A DNA stretch of 64,000 nucleotides from Candidatus Latescibacterota bacterium (lineage in GTDB: Bacteria > Latescibacterota > UBA2968 > UBA8231), in the NCBI GenBank assembly GCA_965203175.1, contig OZ241867.1, positions 6,515,470 through 6,579,469 on the forward strand, in the 5' to 3' direction. The position numbers were made by a program, and so were the translations under genes. The notes beneath the pieces were generated by a model. It saw only the letters and a list, made by a program, of their open reading frames with translations, was not told the DNA's origin and ran no database searches. Below are positions 55,309 to 64,000 of the stretch, in pieces (the stretch's first letter is position 1; each line of letters opens with the position of its first letter).

Positions 55309-58300
55309 TTGGTTATGAACCTGTCGGAATTTTCGCTCAAACGGCCCGTGACCACCCTGATGCTTACCATCTGCGCCTTAGTGGTAGGTGTGGTCGCCTT
55401 AGATCGCTTGCCCATAGAGCAGATACCGCACATTTCCTCTTCCGGGATCACCGCCAGCGTCCAATACAACAACTCCTCCCCCGAAGAAATTGAGCGCCTG
55501 GTGATCCTGCCGCTGGAGCAGACGCTGGGTACGCTCAACAACATCGACCGCATTAGTTCGAGTTCGGGACGCAATCGAGGCGATGTGCGCGTTGACTTCA
55601 AATCCGGCACTGACATGGACTTGGCCAACATGGAGATGCGCGAAAAACTCGACCAAGCCCGCGCCCTCCTGCCCCCGGATGTCGATCGCGTCAGCCTGCG
55701 CCGCTGGCAGTCCGACCAGCGCGCCATTATAGACGCCAATCTGGCTTGGCGCGGCGACGGCGACCGCCTACTCGACCTAATCCAGAAAGTCATTGAGCCA
55801 CGGCTGTTGCGGCTCAACGGCGTCGTCAACGTGGTCATCGACGACTTTGAGGAAAAACAGCTCATCGTCGAGCTGGACCAAGAGCGCTTGCAGACCCACA
55901 ACATCTCGCTGGGTTCGCTCGGCTGGCAGCTCAATGAGAACAACACCAATATCTCGCTGGGCCGGGTCATGGACGGCGGCCAGCGCTACATGGCCCGCGC
56001 CATCGGCGAGTTCACCCGCGCCGAGGACATTGCCTCCATGCCGCTCATGGGCGGTCAGTTCCGCCTCAGCGACATCGGCGAGATCAACTACGGCTACCCC
56101 GAAAAGCGCCGCTACGAGCGGCTCAACGGCACCGATGCGCTGGAGCTAGAAATTTTCAAAGCCTCCACCGCCAATGTCATCGATGTCGGCGAGGCCGTCG
56201 TCGCTGAGTTGCAGGAAATTGAGGACGAATACGATGGCGAACTCGGAGTCTTCATCGACCGCAATCGCGCCGAGTCCGTGCTCAAAGAAGCCGGTACGCT
56301 TGTCAACTCAGCGCTGCTCGGCGCGTTTTTGGCGATGATTATCATCTTCGTCTTCCTGCGCAACATCCGCTCGACCATCGTCATCGCCCTTGCCATCCCC
56401 ACCTCGGCGCTGTGCGTCTTTATCGGCATGTACGTCGCCCGCGAGGTCTTTGCATCGACCATCACCCTCAACATGGTCTCGATGATGGGGCTGATGCTGG
56501 CGGTGGGGATGTTGGTCGATCCAGCGGTGGTGGTACTGGAGAGCATCTTCCGCCGCCGCCAAGAAGATGGCCTCGACGCCGACGAGGCCGCCCACGTCGG
56601 TAGCCGCGAGGTCGGCATGGCGGTGCTAGCCTCGGCACTGACGACGATCTGCGTCTTCGTGCCCTTCTTCTTCCTCTCCGATGGCCGAGCGGCCATGTGG
56701 ATGAAGGACGCCGGAATTGCGATCTGCCTCGCCGTGATGGTGTCGATGATCGTCTCGTTGTCGCTGATCCCGCTGGTGTCCTCGCGGCTTTTGCGCGCCG
56801 GAGTCGAGCGCTTCGATCGCTGGCTCAAGCTGCTGGTCGTCGCAATCGTGGTCGGCATTGCCTACTGGCAAGTCAGCGACCTTGGCTGGAGCGGCTTGCA
56901 GGCTTGGTGGGTCCGCTGGTCCGGGCTGATTGCTACCTCCATCGGCGGGATGCAGTGGCAGACCATTCTCGGCTGCGCGCTCGCTGCGCTGGCCGGGGCC
57001 GCGCTCGGCTGGTACTGCTCCCGCCACGGCCTGCGCTCCTCGTACGGTCGCTTGCTCAACTGGACGCTCGACCACCGCTGGGTCGCCCTGTTGGCCACGG
57101 CAGCACTGACCTATACCGCCTATTACCTATACGACCAGATCGAGCAGCGCGGCACCCCTTGGACCCCGGAGCGCCGGGTGGATATGTCGGTGGTCATTGA
57201 TCGCAGCTACAGCCTCGAAGAGATCCGCGAGCACTTCTATCAGATCGAAGAGATCCTGCTAGCGAAAAAGGATTCGCTCGACATGCAATCGCTCATGACG
57301 AGGTTCAGCCAGCGCCGAGGCAGCATTCGCGCCTATCTCGTCGATGCCGACGAGGGCCGGCTCTCGACCATGGAGGCTGGCAACGCAATCAAGCAGCTAC
57401 TGCCAGAAAAGGTCGGGTACACGTACAAAATGGGCCGCTCGCGCAGTTGGACCGGCAACCAACTCGGCGTCGAAGTCCAGCTCCACGGCCGCGACCCAGA
57501 AGTCCTAGCCGTGCTGATGGAGGACGTCAAAGCCGGTCTCGAACAACTACCTGGAGTCCAAGACGTCGATAGCAGCCTCGAAGACGGCGAAGATGAAGTC
57601 CGCGTCGAGATCAACCGCGCTCAGGCGCTCGGCTATGGGCTGTCGCCGCGCGAGGTCGCCCAGGGCATCTCTTCAGCCTTGGGCACCCGCCGCACCAGCG
57701 GCTTCAAAAGCGACGACCGCGAAATCGACATCGTCATGCAACTCAACGAGGGCGACCGCGCCACCCTCGAACAACTCAAAAACAGCCGCTACGAGACCCG
57801 CGACGGCAACTCGGTCCAACTCGCGTCGTTGGCCGACTTCCAGCTTGGCCGCGGCCCGCGCGATCTCAGGCGCGAGAATCGGATGCTCAACGTCACCGTC
57901 TTCGCCAACACCGAAGACCGCAACGCGGCTCGAGCGCTAATGGGACCGATCACCCAGATGATGGAAGGGATGCAGCTACCCCTTGGCTACACTTGGGATT
58001 TAGGCCGGGCGGCGCGCTGGGAGCGGGAAGAGACCAGCGACAACAACTTCACTATCATTTTTGCCATCCTGCTGATCTACCTCATCATGGCCTCGCTCTT
58101 CGAGTCCTTGATCCATCCCTTCACCATCATCTTCGCCATTCCCTTCTCCGTGATCGGCGCGGTCTTGGGGATATATGTCCTCGACGTGCCTTTTGACAGC
58201 AACGTCGCCTTGGGGCTTTTGATCCTCTTCGGCATCGTCGTCAACAACGGCATCGTGCTGATCGCCCATATAAATCATCTGCGGGCGAGCGGGCTGTCGC

Positions 58301-58611
58301 GGCGCGAGGCAATCTGCCTCGGCGGCCAGCACCGGCTCCGGCCCATCCTGATGACTGCCTTTACCACCATCCTCAACCTGATGCCGATCGTGCTGCCGAT
58401 GGTCTATGGCACGTCCGAGGGCTTTGCCCGCCGCTGGGGGCCAGTGGGGTTGGTCGTCGCCAGCGGCTTGGCCACCTCGACGGTGCTGACCCTAATGCTA
58501 GCCCCGACGCTCTATTCGCTCTTGGACGATCTGGCGCTGTGGTGCAAGCGGGTAATGCGCGCGTCGCATAGCACGGTCAACGCGACCGACGCAACTAGTG
58601 TCGCGCAATAA
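55309..58611 (+). CDS. RND efflux permease, subunit 2
   Basis: GMLVDPAVVVLE, GIVVNNGIVL and RLRPILMT motifs; extra TM insertion mid-protein. Start 55309 or 55315. Confidence 0.93.
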   Translation: MVMNLSEFSLKRPVTTLMLTICALVVGVVALDRLPIEQIPHISSSGITASVQYNNSSPEEIERLVILPLEQTLGTLNNIDRISSSSGRNRGDVRVDFKSGTDMDLANMEMREKLDQARALLPPDVDRVSLRRWQSDQRAIIDANLAWRGDGDRLLDLIQKVIEPRLLRLNGVVNVVIDDFEEKQLIVELDQERLQTHNISLGSLGWQLNENNTNISLGRVMDGGQRYMARAIGEFTRAEDIASMPLMGGQFRLSDIGEINYGYPEKRRYERLNGTDALELEIFKASTANVIDVGEAVVAELQEIEDEYDGELGVFIDRNRAESVLKEAGTLVNSALLGAFLAMIIIFVFLRNIRSTIVIALAIPTSALCVFIGMYVAREVFASTITLNMVSMMGLMLAVGMLVDPAVVVLESIFRRRQEDGLDADEAAHVGSREVGMAVLASALTTICVFVPFFFLSDGRAAMWMKDAGIAICLAVMVSMIVSLSLIPLVSSRLLRAGVERFDRWLKLLVVAIVVGIAYWQVSDLGWSGLQAWWVRWSGLIATSIGGMQWQTILGCALAALAGAALGWYCSRHGLRSSYGRLLNWTLDHRWVALLATAALTYTAYYLYDQIEQRGTPWTPERRVDMSVVIDRSYSLEEIREHFYQIEEILLAKKDSLDMQSLMTRFSQRRGSIRAYLVDADEGRLSTMEAGNAIKQLLPEKVGYTYKMGRSRSWTGNQLGVEVQLHGRDPEVLAVLMEDVKAGLEQLPGVQDVDSSLEDGEDEVRVEINRAQALGYGLSPREVAQGISSALGTRRTSGFKSDDREIDIVMQLNEGDRATLEQLKNSRYETRDGNSVQLASLADFQLGRGPRDLRRENRMLNVTVFANTEDRNAARALMGPITQMMEGMQLPLGYTWDLGRAARWEREETSDNNFTIIFAILLIYLIMASLFESLIHPFTIIFAIPFSVIGAVLGIYVLDVPFDSNVALGLLILFGIVVNNGIVLIAHINHLRASGLSRREAICLGGQHRLRPILMTAFTTILNLMPIVLPMVYGTSEGFARRWGPVGLVVASGLATSTVLTLMLAPTLYSLLDDLALWCKRVMRASHSTVNATDATSVAQ

Positions 58612-58620
58612 GGGGCAAGC

Positions 58621-60966
58621 ATGACGGAGCTTGAACGCAGCTCGGCAGAACACGCAGCGCCGCCTTTTCGCGCCACCGTGCCAGCGCAGATTCGGCGCGA
58701 ACTAGCCGAGGTAGTAGGTCCCGACGAAGAGTTCCGCCTGGCGGTAACCACGGACATTAAGCTCGACGGCCAGTACGGCGAGGCGTGGCTCATGGCCACC
58801 GACGACCTGCTGGTGGCCTTCAGCCCCGACAGCGGTGGACCGCCCGACATGGTCTGTTTGCCCTTGGCCGAGATAAGCGGGGTGGAAGTGCGCGAGGATT
58901 GGGGGACCGCGGCCCTCAAAGTCCGCACCGAGGAGCAGGGCGCGACCATGGCCGTATTTTCCAAGAGCTTGGTGCCAGCCCTGTCTGAACTGCCCAATCA
59001 AGTCGAGCGCCTAGTCCGCCAAGCCCGCTCGACAGAATCCAATGGTCAATTACTCCACGGACGGTTGGCCGGAGCGCGGGCCGGGCGCAAGCGCTGCGAC
59101 CGCTGCGGCCAGGTCATCCCGCGCCACTACGGCGTATGCCCGGCCTGTCTGGAAAAGGGCAAGCTGCTGTTCCGGCTGTTGAGCTATGCCAAGCCGCATT
59201 GGCGGCTCATTACCCTGAGCCTGTTGCTCATGGTGGCGGCCACGACCATTGGCCTAGGCCAGCCGCTGCTGATGATCGTTCTCATCGACGATGTCTTGAA
59301 TGTCGGTGCCCCTTCTTCTACGGACGTTGAGGGGCGCTTTGATCTGCTGGCTCTTTTGCCGGTGTCCAAGGACGATCCCGTCGCGGCGCTGACCTATCTG
59401 GTGGGCTTGTTGATCTTGATGAACGTAGTCGTCAGCGGCTTGTCGGGTCTGCGCAGCTATATCATGGCCCGCATTGGCCAGCGCGTCACCTACGGTCTGC
59501 GCAACGAGGTGTACACCCACCTCCACGCGCTGTCGCTTAGTTATTACACCAAAAACGAGACTGGGCGCATTATGGCCAGCGTTACCCAAGACGTGGGCCG
59601 CTTGCAGGATTTTATCAGCGACGGCCTGCAAGAAGCCATCCGCGACGTGCTCACCTTGGTCATCATTTGCATCATCCTCTTCGGGCTCAATCCCGAGCTG
59701 GCAGCCCTCGTGCTGCTGCCGACGCCTCTGTTGGTGTGGGCGACGATGCGCTTTGGTCGCAAGCTACACGCCATCTACCGGCCGCTATGGCGTCGCTGGG
59801 CGGCTCTTAGCGCCCTGCTCGCCGATACCATCCCAGGAGTGCGCGTAGTCAAGGCATTTGCCCAAGAACGGCGGGAAGTGGGCAAATTCAAGGGCCGCAG
59901 CCTAGACCTGCTGCAGGGCGAATTGCGGGTGGCGTGGATGCGCAGTCTATTCGGCCCGGTCATGGCCTTTATAACCTCCATCGGCACCATTGTCATCTGG
60001 TGGGTCGGCGGCCGCGATATTTTGGCCGGAGAGTTGACGTTGGGAGCTTTTGTCGCCTTCACCAGTTACATGTATCGCTTCTACGGACCAGTGGAGAGCC
60101 TATGCCGCCTCAACCACCGCTTCCAGCGCGCCGCCACCTCGGCCGAGCGCGTTTTTGACGTGCTCGATACGCACCCAGAGGTAATCGACCAGCCCGAGGC
60201 AATGATCATGCCGCCCATTGAGGGTCGGGTCGAATTCCGCGGCGTCCACTTCGGCTATGAGGAAGACAAACCAGTCATTGAGGATTTGAACTTCACCGTC
60301 GAGCCGGGCGAGATGATCGGCTTGGCCGGGCACAGCGGCGCGGGCAAGAGCACCTTGATCAACCTCATCTGCCGCTTCTACGAGCCCCAGGAAGGAGCCA
60401 TCCTCATCGACGGCCACGACACCCGCCAAGTGAACCTCCAATCGCTGCGCGAGCAAATCGGCGTGGTCTTGCAAGATCCCTTCCTCTTCAACGGCACAGT
60501 GGCCGACAACATTGCCTACGGCCATCCCGAATCTTCCCTCGAACAAATCGTGGCCGCGGCCAAGGCCGCCAATGCGCACGACTTCATCATGAACATGCCC
60601 GACGGGTACGACACCATGGTCGGCGAGCGCGGCATCCGCGTATCCGGGGGCGAGCGGCAGCGGCTGTCCATTGCGCGGGCCATTTTGCGCGACCCGCGCA
60701 TCCTCATCCTCGACGAAGCTACCTCCAACGTCGATACCCAAACCGAAGCGCAGATTCAGGAGGCGTTGGAGCGGCTGGTCCAAGGGCGCACTACCTTTGC
60801 CATTGCCCATCGCTTATCGACCCTCAAAAACGCCCACCGCCTGCTCATCCTCGACAAGGGCAAACTCGCCGAGATCGGCACCCACGACGAATTGATCGCG
60901 CAAGACGGCATCTACGCCAACCTGTGCCGCATGCAAACCGAAATGTCCAAACTAAGAGCTTGGTAA
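58621..60966 (+). CDS. ABC exporter (fused TMD+NBD) with N-terminal PH-like region and CxxC..CxxC knuckle
   Basis: GHSGAGKST, VSGGERQR and ILDEAT motifs; CDRC..CPAC before the TMD. Confidence 0.93.
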   Translation: MTELERSSAEHAAPPFRATVPAQIRRELAEVVGPDEEFRLAVTTDIKLDGQYGEAWLMATDDLLVAFSPDSGGPPDMVCLPLAEISGVEVREDWGTAALKVRTEEQGATMAVFSKSLVPALSELPNQVERLVRQARSTESNGQLLHGRLAGARAGRKRCDRCGQVIPRHYGVCPACLEKGKLLFRLLSYAKPHWRLITLSLLLMVAATTIGLGQPLLMIVLIDDVLNVGAPSSTDVEGRFDLLALLPVSKDDPVAALTYLVGLLILMNVVVSGLSGLRSYIMARIGQRVTYGLRNEVYTHLHALSLSYYTKNETGRIMASVTQDVGRLQDFISDGLQEAIRDVLTLVIICIILFGLNPELAALVLLPTPLLVWATMRFGRKLHAIYRPLWRRWAALSALLADTIPGVRVVKAFAQERREVGKFKGRSLDLLQGELRVAWMRSLFGPVMAFITSIGTIVIWWVGGRDILAGELTLGAFVAFTSYMYRFYGPVESLCRLNHRFQRAATSAERVFDVLDTHPEVIDQPEAMIMPPIEGRVEFRGVHFGYEEDKPVIEDLNFTVEPGEMIGLAGHSGAGKSTLINLICRFYEPQEGAILIDGHDTRQVNLQSLREQIGVVLQDPFLFNGTVADNIAYGHPESSLEQIVAAAKAANAHDFIMNMPDGYDTMVGERGIRVSGGERQRLSIARAILRDPRILILDEATSNVDTQTEAQIQEALERLVQGRTTFAIAHRLSTLKNAHRLLILDKGKLAEIGTHDELIAQDGIYANLCRMQTEMSKLRAW

Positions 60967-60970
60967 CGCC

Positions 60971-61483
60971 ATGCAGCAGCGTCATAAGTTAGCCGCTGAA
61001 GTGACCTATCTCGACCCGGATAAAGCGCGGTTTTTCATCGATGCTTTCGAGGATTTGAACCTAGAGTTGGCCGGGGATCAGACCTATTCCAGAGTCCGGG
61101 TCAAACGGGCTTTTCCCCTCACTCGCGACGACTGCTTTATCGTCGTCCAAGACCGCAAAGGCAAGGAGATCGGCTCGCTGGCCCGACTCGACGCGCTAGA
61201 TCGGGACAGCCGCCAAGCCGTGGAAGACGAATTGGAGCGGGCCTATTTTACCCCGCGCATCCAGCGCATCGCCAAGGTGACAACGGCCAACCGAGTGCCG
61301 CGCTGGGAGGTAGAGACCGATCGGGGACCCCGCGCCTTTGAAATCTATTCCAGCCGCCGCGACGTGCGCCTTTTGGGCGACGGACGGATCCTGGTGCAAG
61401 ACGCCGACGGCAACCGCTACGAGATTCCCGATTACCGGCGTCTAGATCCGGCTAGCCAAGCCTTGGTCGAGGAAATGCTGTGA
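60971..61483 (+). CDS. DUF1854-family protein
   Basis: RAFPLT..GKEIG..EL.RAYFTPRI..WEVETDRG..DADGNRYEIPD..LD..S pattern; the usual partner of the upstream ABC type. Confidence 0.85.
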   Translation: MQQRHKLAAEVTYLDPDKARFFIDAFEDLNLELAGDQTYSRVRVKRAFPLTRDDCFIVVQDRKGKEIGSLARLDALDRDSRQAVEDELERAYFTPRIQRIAKVTTANRVPRWEVETDRGPRAFEIYSSRRDVRLLGDGRILVQDADGNRYEIPDYRRLDPASQALVEEML

Positions 61484-61552
61484 GAGGCTATAGACGATAG
61501 TGAAACCGGCTCGCTAATTTAACTAACGTTAGGTACCGTCAGAGCCAGCACC

Positions 61553-61580
61553 TGTCATGCTGAGCGAAGCGAAGCATCTC
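61553..61580. repeat. REP-like element TGTCATGCTGAGCGAAGCGAAGCATCTC
   Basis: Matches the widespread GTCAT(G/T)CTGAGCGAAGCGAAG(C/A)ATCT intergenic repeat; internal ATGCT..AGCAT stem. Confidence 0.7.
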
Positions 61581-61636
61581 CTACCAAAGAAGCCCGTGCG
61601 CAACACCCGTATCACCACCCAGCGAAAGGAACCCCC

Positions 61637-62626
61637 ATGCGCCAAGGAATATTCAAGCTGTCAATGACCCTAGGCCGGAGCCCGCGCGAGCAACCCGAGC
61701 GAGTGAAGATCTGCCGGGAAATGGGCGTCACCGGCTGCGTAACATCGCCTCCCCTCGAAGAAATAGGCCGCGATCAGTACGCCGCGGCCATGCGCCAACA
61801 GCAGGAAGAATGGGCCGAGGTTGGGTTTTCGATCCCCGTGTACGAGACCATGACGCCCACCCGCTCCCAACACATCCGTCGAGGCACCCCGGGCCGCGAT
61901 GAAGAACTGTTGGACTTTATCGCCGCAGTAGAGGCCATGGGCCAAGTCGGCATTCCCGTGCTGTGCTACAACCTCGGCGCAGGCGGCTCCCGCACCGATT
62001 GGGTGCCCACGCGCGGCGGTGCCATTTCCTCGCAATTCGACTATGCAGAGTCGCACCAAGAACCCCCTTTGGCGGAGCCCCAAACCGAGGAAGAACTCTG
62101 GGACAACCTGACTTGGCTGCTCGAACGCATTATTCCCGTCGCCGAAAAGGCCAATGTCCGCATGGGCTATCACCCCAACGATCCGCCGATTTCGCCCTAT
62201 CGGAGGTCCGCCCAAATCATGGTCAGCGCCGACGCGTACCGCCGCCTGATCAACATCGCGCCGAGTCCCAGCAACGGCGTCACGTTCTGCCAGGGCAACT
62301 TCAAGGCCATGGGCGAGGATATCTACTCGGTGGCGCGGGAATTCACCGAGCAAGGCAAGGTTCACTTTATCCACTACCGCGACGTCGAAGGCACGGCGGG
62401 AACGCGGTTTACGGAAACTTTTCACGACGATGGCCCGACGGATATGGCGCGGATGCTAGAGATCTACTCCCGCGCTGGCTTCGTCGGACCCATCCGCCCC
62501 GACCACGCGCCGACGATGGGGTCTGAGGATGCGGAGACGACCCGTGGCTACGGCATGCTGGGGAAAATCTTCGCCTTCGGCTACATGATCGGCATGATGC
62601 AGGCGCAAAATCTGGCCTACGAATGA
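61637..62626 (+). CDS. uxuA: Mannonate dehydratase family
   Basis: GIPVLCYN, ELWDNL..IIPVAEKANVRMGYHPNDPP, GVTFCQG, IHYRDV, ETFHDDG and RPDHAP motifs. Confidence 0.9.
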   Translation: MRQGIFKLSMTLGRSPREQPERVKICREMGVTGCVTSPPLEEIGRDQYAAAMRQQQEEWAEVGFSIPVYETMTPTRSQHIRRGTPGRDEELLDFIAAVEAMGQVGIPVLCYNLGAGGSRTDWVPTRGGAISSQFDYAESHQEPPLAEPQTEEELWDNLTWLLERIIPVAEKANVRMGYHPNDPPISPYRRSAQIMVSADAYRRLINIAPSPSNGVTFCQGNFKAMGEDIYSVAREFTEQGKVHFIHYRDVEGTAGTRFTETFHDDGPTDMARMLEIYSRAGFVGPIRPDHAPTMGSEDAETTRGYGMLGKIFAFGYMIGMMQAQNLAYE

Positions 62627-62639
62627 GGAGAAGCCAAGG

Positions 62640-63884
62640 ATGAAAATCGACGATATCGACGTCTATTGTATCGAACCAGAAATTTTGCCAGAGGTACCCG
62701 ACTACCCACCATTCCTGTCGGCACTACACCAGCGCGTAGTTTTCAAAGTCAGCCTCGACAACGGGATCGTCGGCTACGGCGAGTACCGCTGCTACGCGCC
62801 CGACAAGTCGGCTGTCGAGCCGCTGATCGGACGCAATCCCTTTGATTTCATCAACCACGATCTCAACATCGGCCTCAGCCAGTGGTGCCTGGGACTGTCG
62901 GCAGCGCTCTACGACGCCATGGGCAAGTACCTCGAAATCCCCGCCTACAAGCTAATGGGGACGAAAGTGCGGGACCGAGTGGCAGTCGCTGCGTGGACGC
63001 GACCCTCACCCCCGGACGTGCTGAGCCGGGAGGTACGGCGCGCCGTTGACCAAGGCTACATGCTGTTCAAAATGCACACCTGCCACCACTACGATGTATT
63101 TGAGCAAAACGAGGCCGTGGAGCAAACCGCCCCCGATCGCTTTCGCATTCAGTACGACTTCAACCACAACCGCTCCCTCGGCGTGGTCCTGCCGATCCTC
63201 AAGCGGCTAGAGAAGTCGTGGGTGGTGGGCTGCGTGGAAGACCCCTTGGTCCTATCCGACATCGACGGTTGGCGGCGACTGCGGGAGAAGACGGACCTCC
63301 CGCTCTACATGCACGTGCCGCCGCTCGGCGGTATGCAGGAGATGCTGCACGGGCTCGCCGACGGTTATATCATCGGTGAGTACTGCGGCGGTTTCGGCGA
63401 CGCCCTGCATCGCGGCTTTGCCTACTCAAAGGCAAACATTCCCTCGGTCATTCAACTCACGGGCGGAACTTTGGTCACCGCCTTCGCCCTGCACTTGGGA
63501 GCAGTCCTGCCAAAGGTTGCCCATACCATCACGCTCGACGACAACTACGTCGAGGATCTGGCGGCGACTCGCATTCCCGTCATCGAAGGGTGTTCTCCGG
63601 TGCCAGAAGGGCCGGGTCTGGGCGTGGATGTGCGAGAGGAAGAGCTCGAGCGCTTGGCCAATAGGCCGCCGAGAGAAACGCCGAGAGTCCTCGGAGTCAC
63701 GACTCTGCCCGGAGGCGGCACCCTGTACTCAATAGGCTTCCCGAACCTAGAATCCCTAATGGGGTACCAAGAGGGAACGATTCGCGGCCATCGCTTCGAA
63801 CTACGCCAAGACGACGGCTCAGAAGAATTCGCTCGCCTCTACGAACGCGCACAACGCGAAGGGTCGATCCTCGAGGCTGAATGA
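62640..63884 (+). CDS. Mandelate racemase/muconate lactonising enzyme (enolase superfamily)
   Basis: GIVGYGE, ALYDAMGKYLEIPAYKLMG, YDFN, VEDP and PEGPGLGVDV motifs. Confidence 0.9.
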   Translation: MKIDDIDVYCIEPEILPEVPDYPPFLSALHQRVVFKVSLDNGIVGYGEYRCYAPDKSAVEPLIGRNPFDFINHDLNIGLSQWCLGLSAALYDAMGKYLEIPAYKLMGTKVRDRVAVAAWTRPSPPDVLSREVRRAVDQGYMLFKMHTCHHYDVFEQNEAVEQTAPDRFRIQYDFNHNRSLGVVLPILKRLEKSWVVGCVEDPLVLSDIDGWRRLREKTDLPLYMHVPPLGGMQEMLHGLADGYIIGEYCGGFGDALHRGFAYSKANIPSVIQLTGGTLVTAFALHLGAVLPKVAHTITLDDNYVEDLAATRIPVIEGCSPVPEGPGLGVDVREEELERLANRPPRETPRVLGVTTLPGGGTLYSIGFPNLESLMGYQEGTIRGHRFELRQDDGSEEFARLYERAQREGSILEAE

Positions 63885-64000
63885 GAAAAGTCTCCGCCGA
63901 GTACCCCGTGCTGAAGTCGGCGAGACTGCTGCTGCGTCCCTTTGCACTGGCTGACTGTGCCGAGGTCAACCGCTTAGTCGGCGACGAAGCGGTAGCCTCC
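63881..64000 (+). CDS. GNAT acetyltransferase, RimJ/RimL-type (partial)
   Basis: ATGA overlap with the previous stop. MRKVSAEYPVLKSARLLLRPFALAD..; runs off the window. Confidence 0.7.
   Translation, partial: MRKVSAEYPVLKSARLLLRPFALADCAEVNRLVGDEAVAS

Overview
GC-rich bacterial chromosomal window with about 50 CDS. I found no rRNA, tRNA, CRISPR array, reverse transcriptase or intact transposase. Several features point to an FCB-superphylum organism such as Ca. Latescibacterota or a Gemmatimonadota relative, possibly a sponge or marine symbiont; this is inference. They are FlgD-Ig/T9SS-like C-terminal domains, T(A/S)VxExxWxxIK tails, Gln at +1 after signal peptides, TPR/CRTAC1 pairs and many Gfo/Idh/MocA enzymes. 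The main observation is two oppositely oriented, parallel cell-envelope loci (<1-9299 minus, 21613-32868 plus). Each has a C-terminally tagged secreted protein, then one to three discoidin-like proteins with a PNGDGxND...VxY C-terminal domain, then one or two copies of an unrecognised ~900-aa putative beta-barrel with Asp-rich loops. Between them lie an orphan sulfatase-exbB-exbD-exbD operon and a ThuA/PQQ-dehydrogenase sugar locus. The rest of the window holds a PpiC-type chaperone, two CRTAC1+TPR pairs, nrfHA (CXXCH variant), an AAA/PD-(D/E)XK gene, a heteromeric RND system with a TetR-type operator, an ABC exporter with DUF1854, uxuA and an enolase-superfamily enzyme. Small repeat modules sit at gene junctions, two of them flanked by duplications of the upstream gene's last codons. 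All family assignments come from reading motifs by eye; no database search was run.
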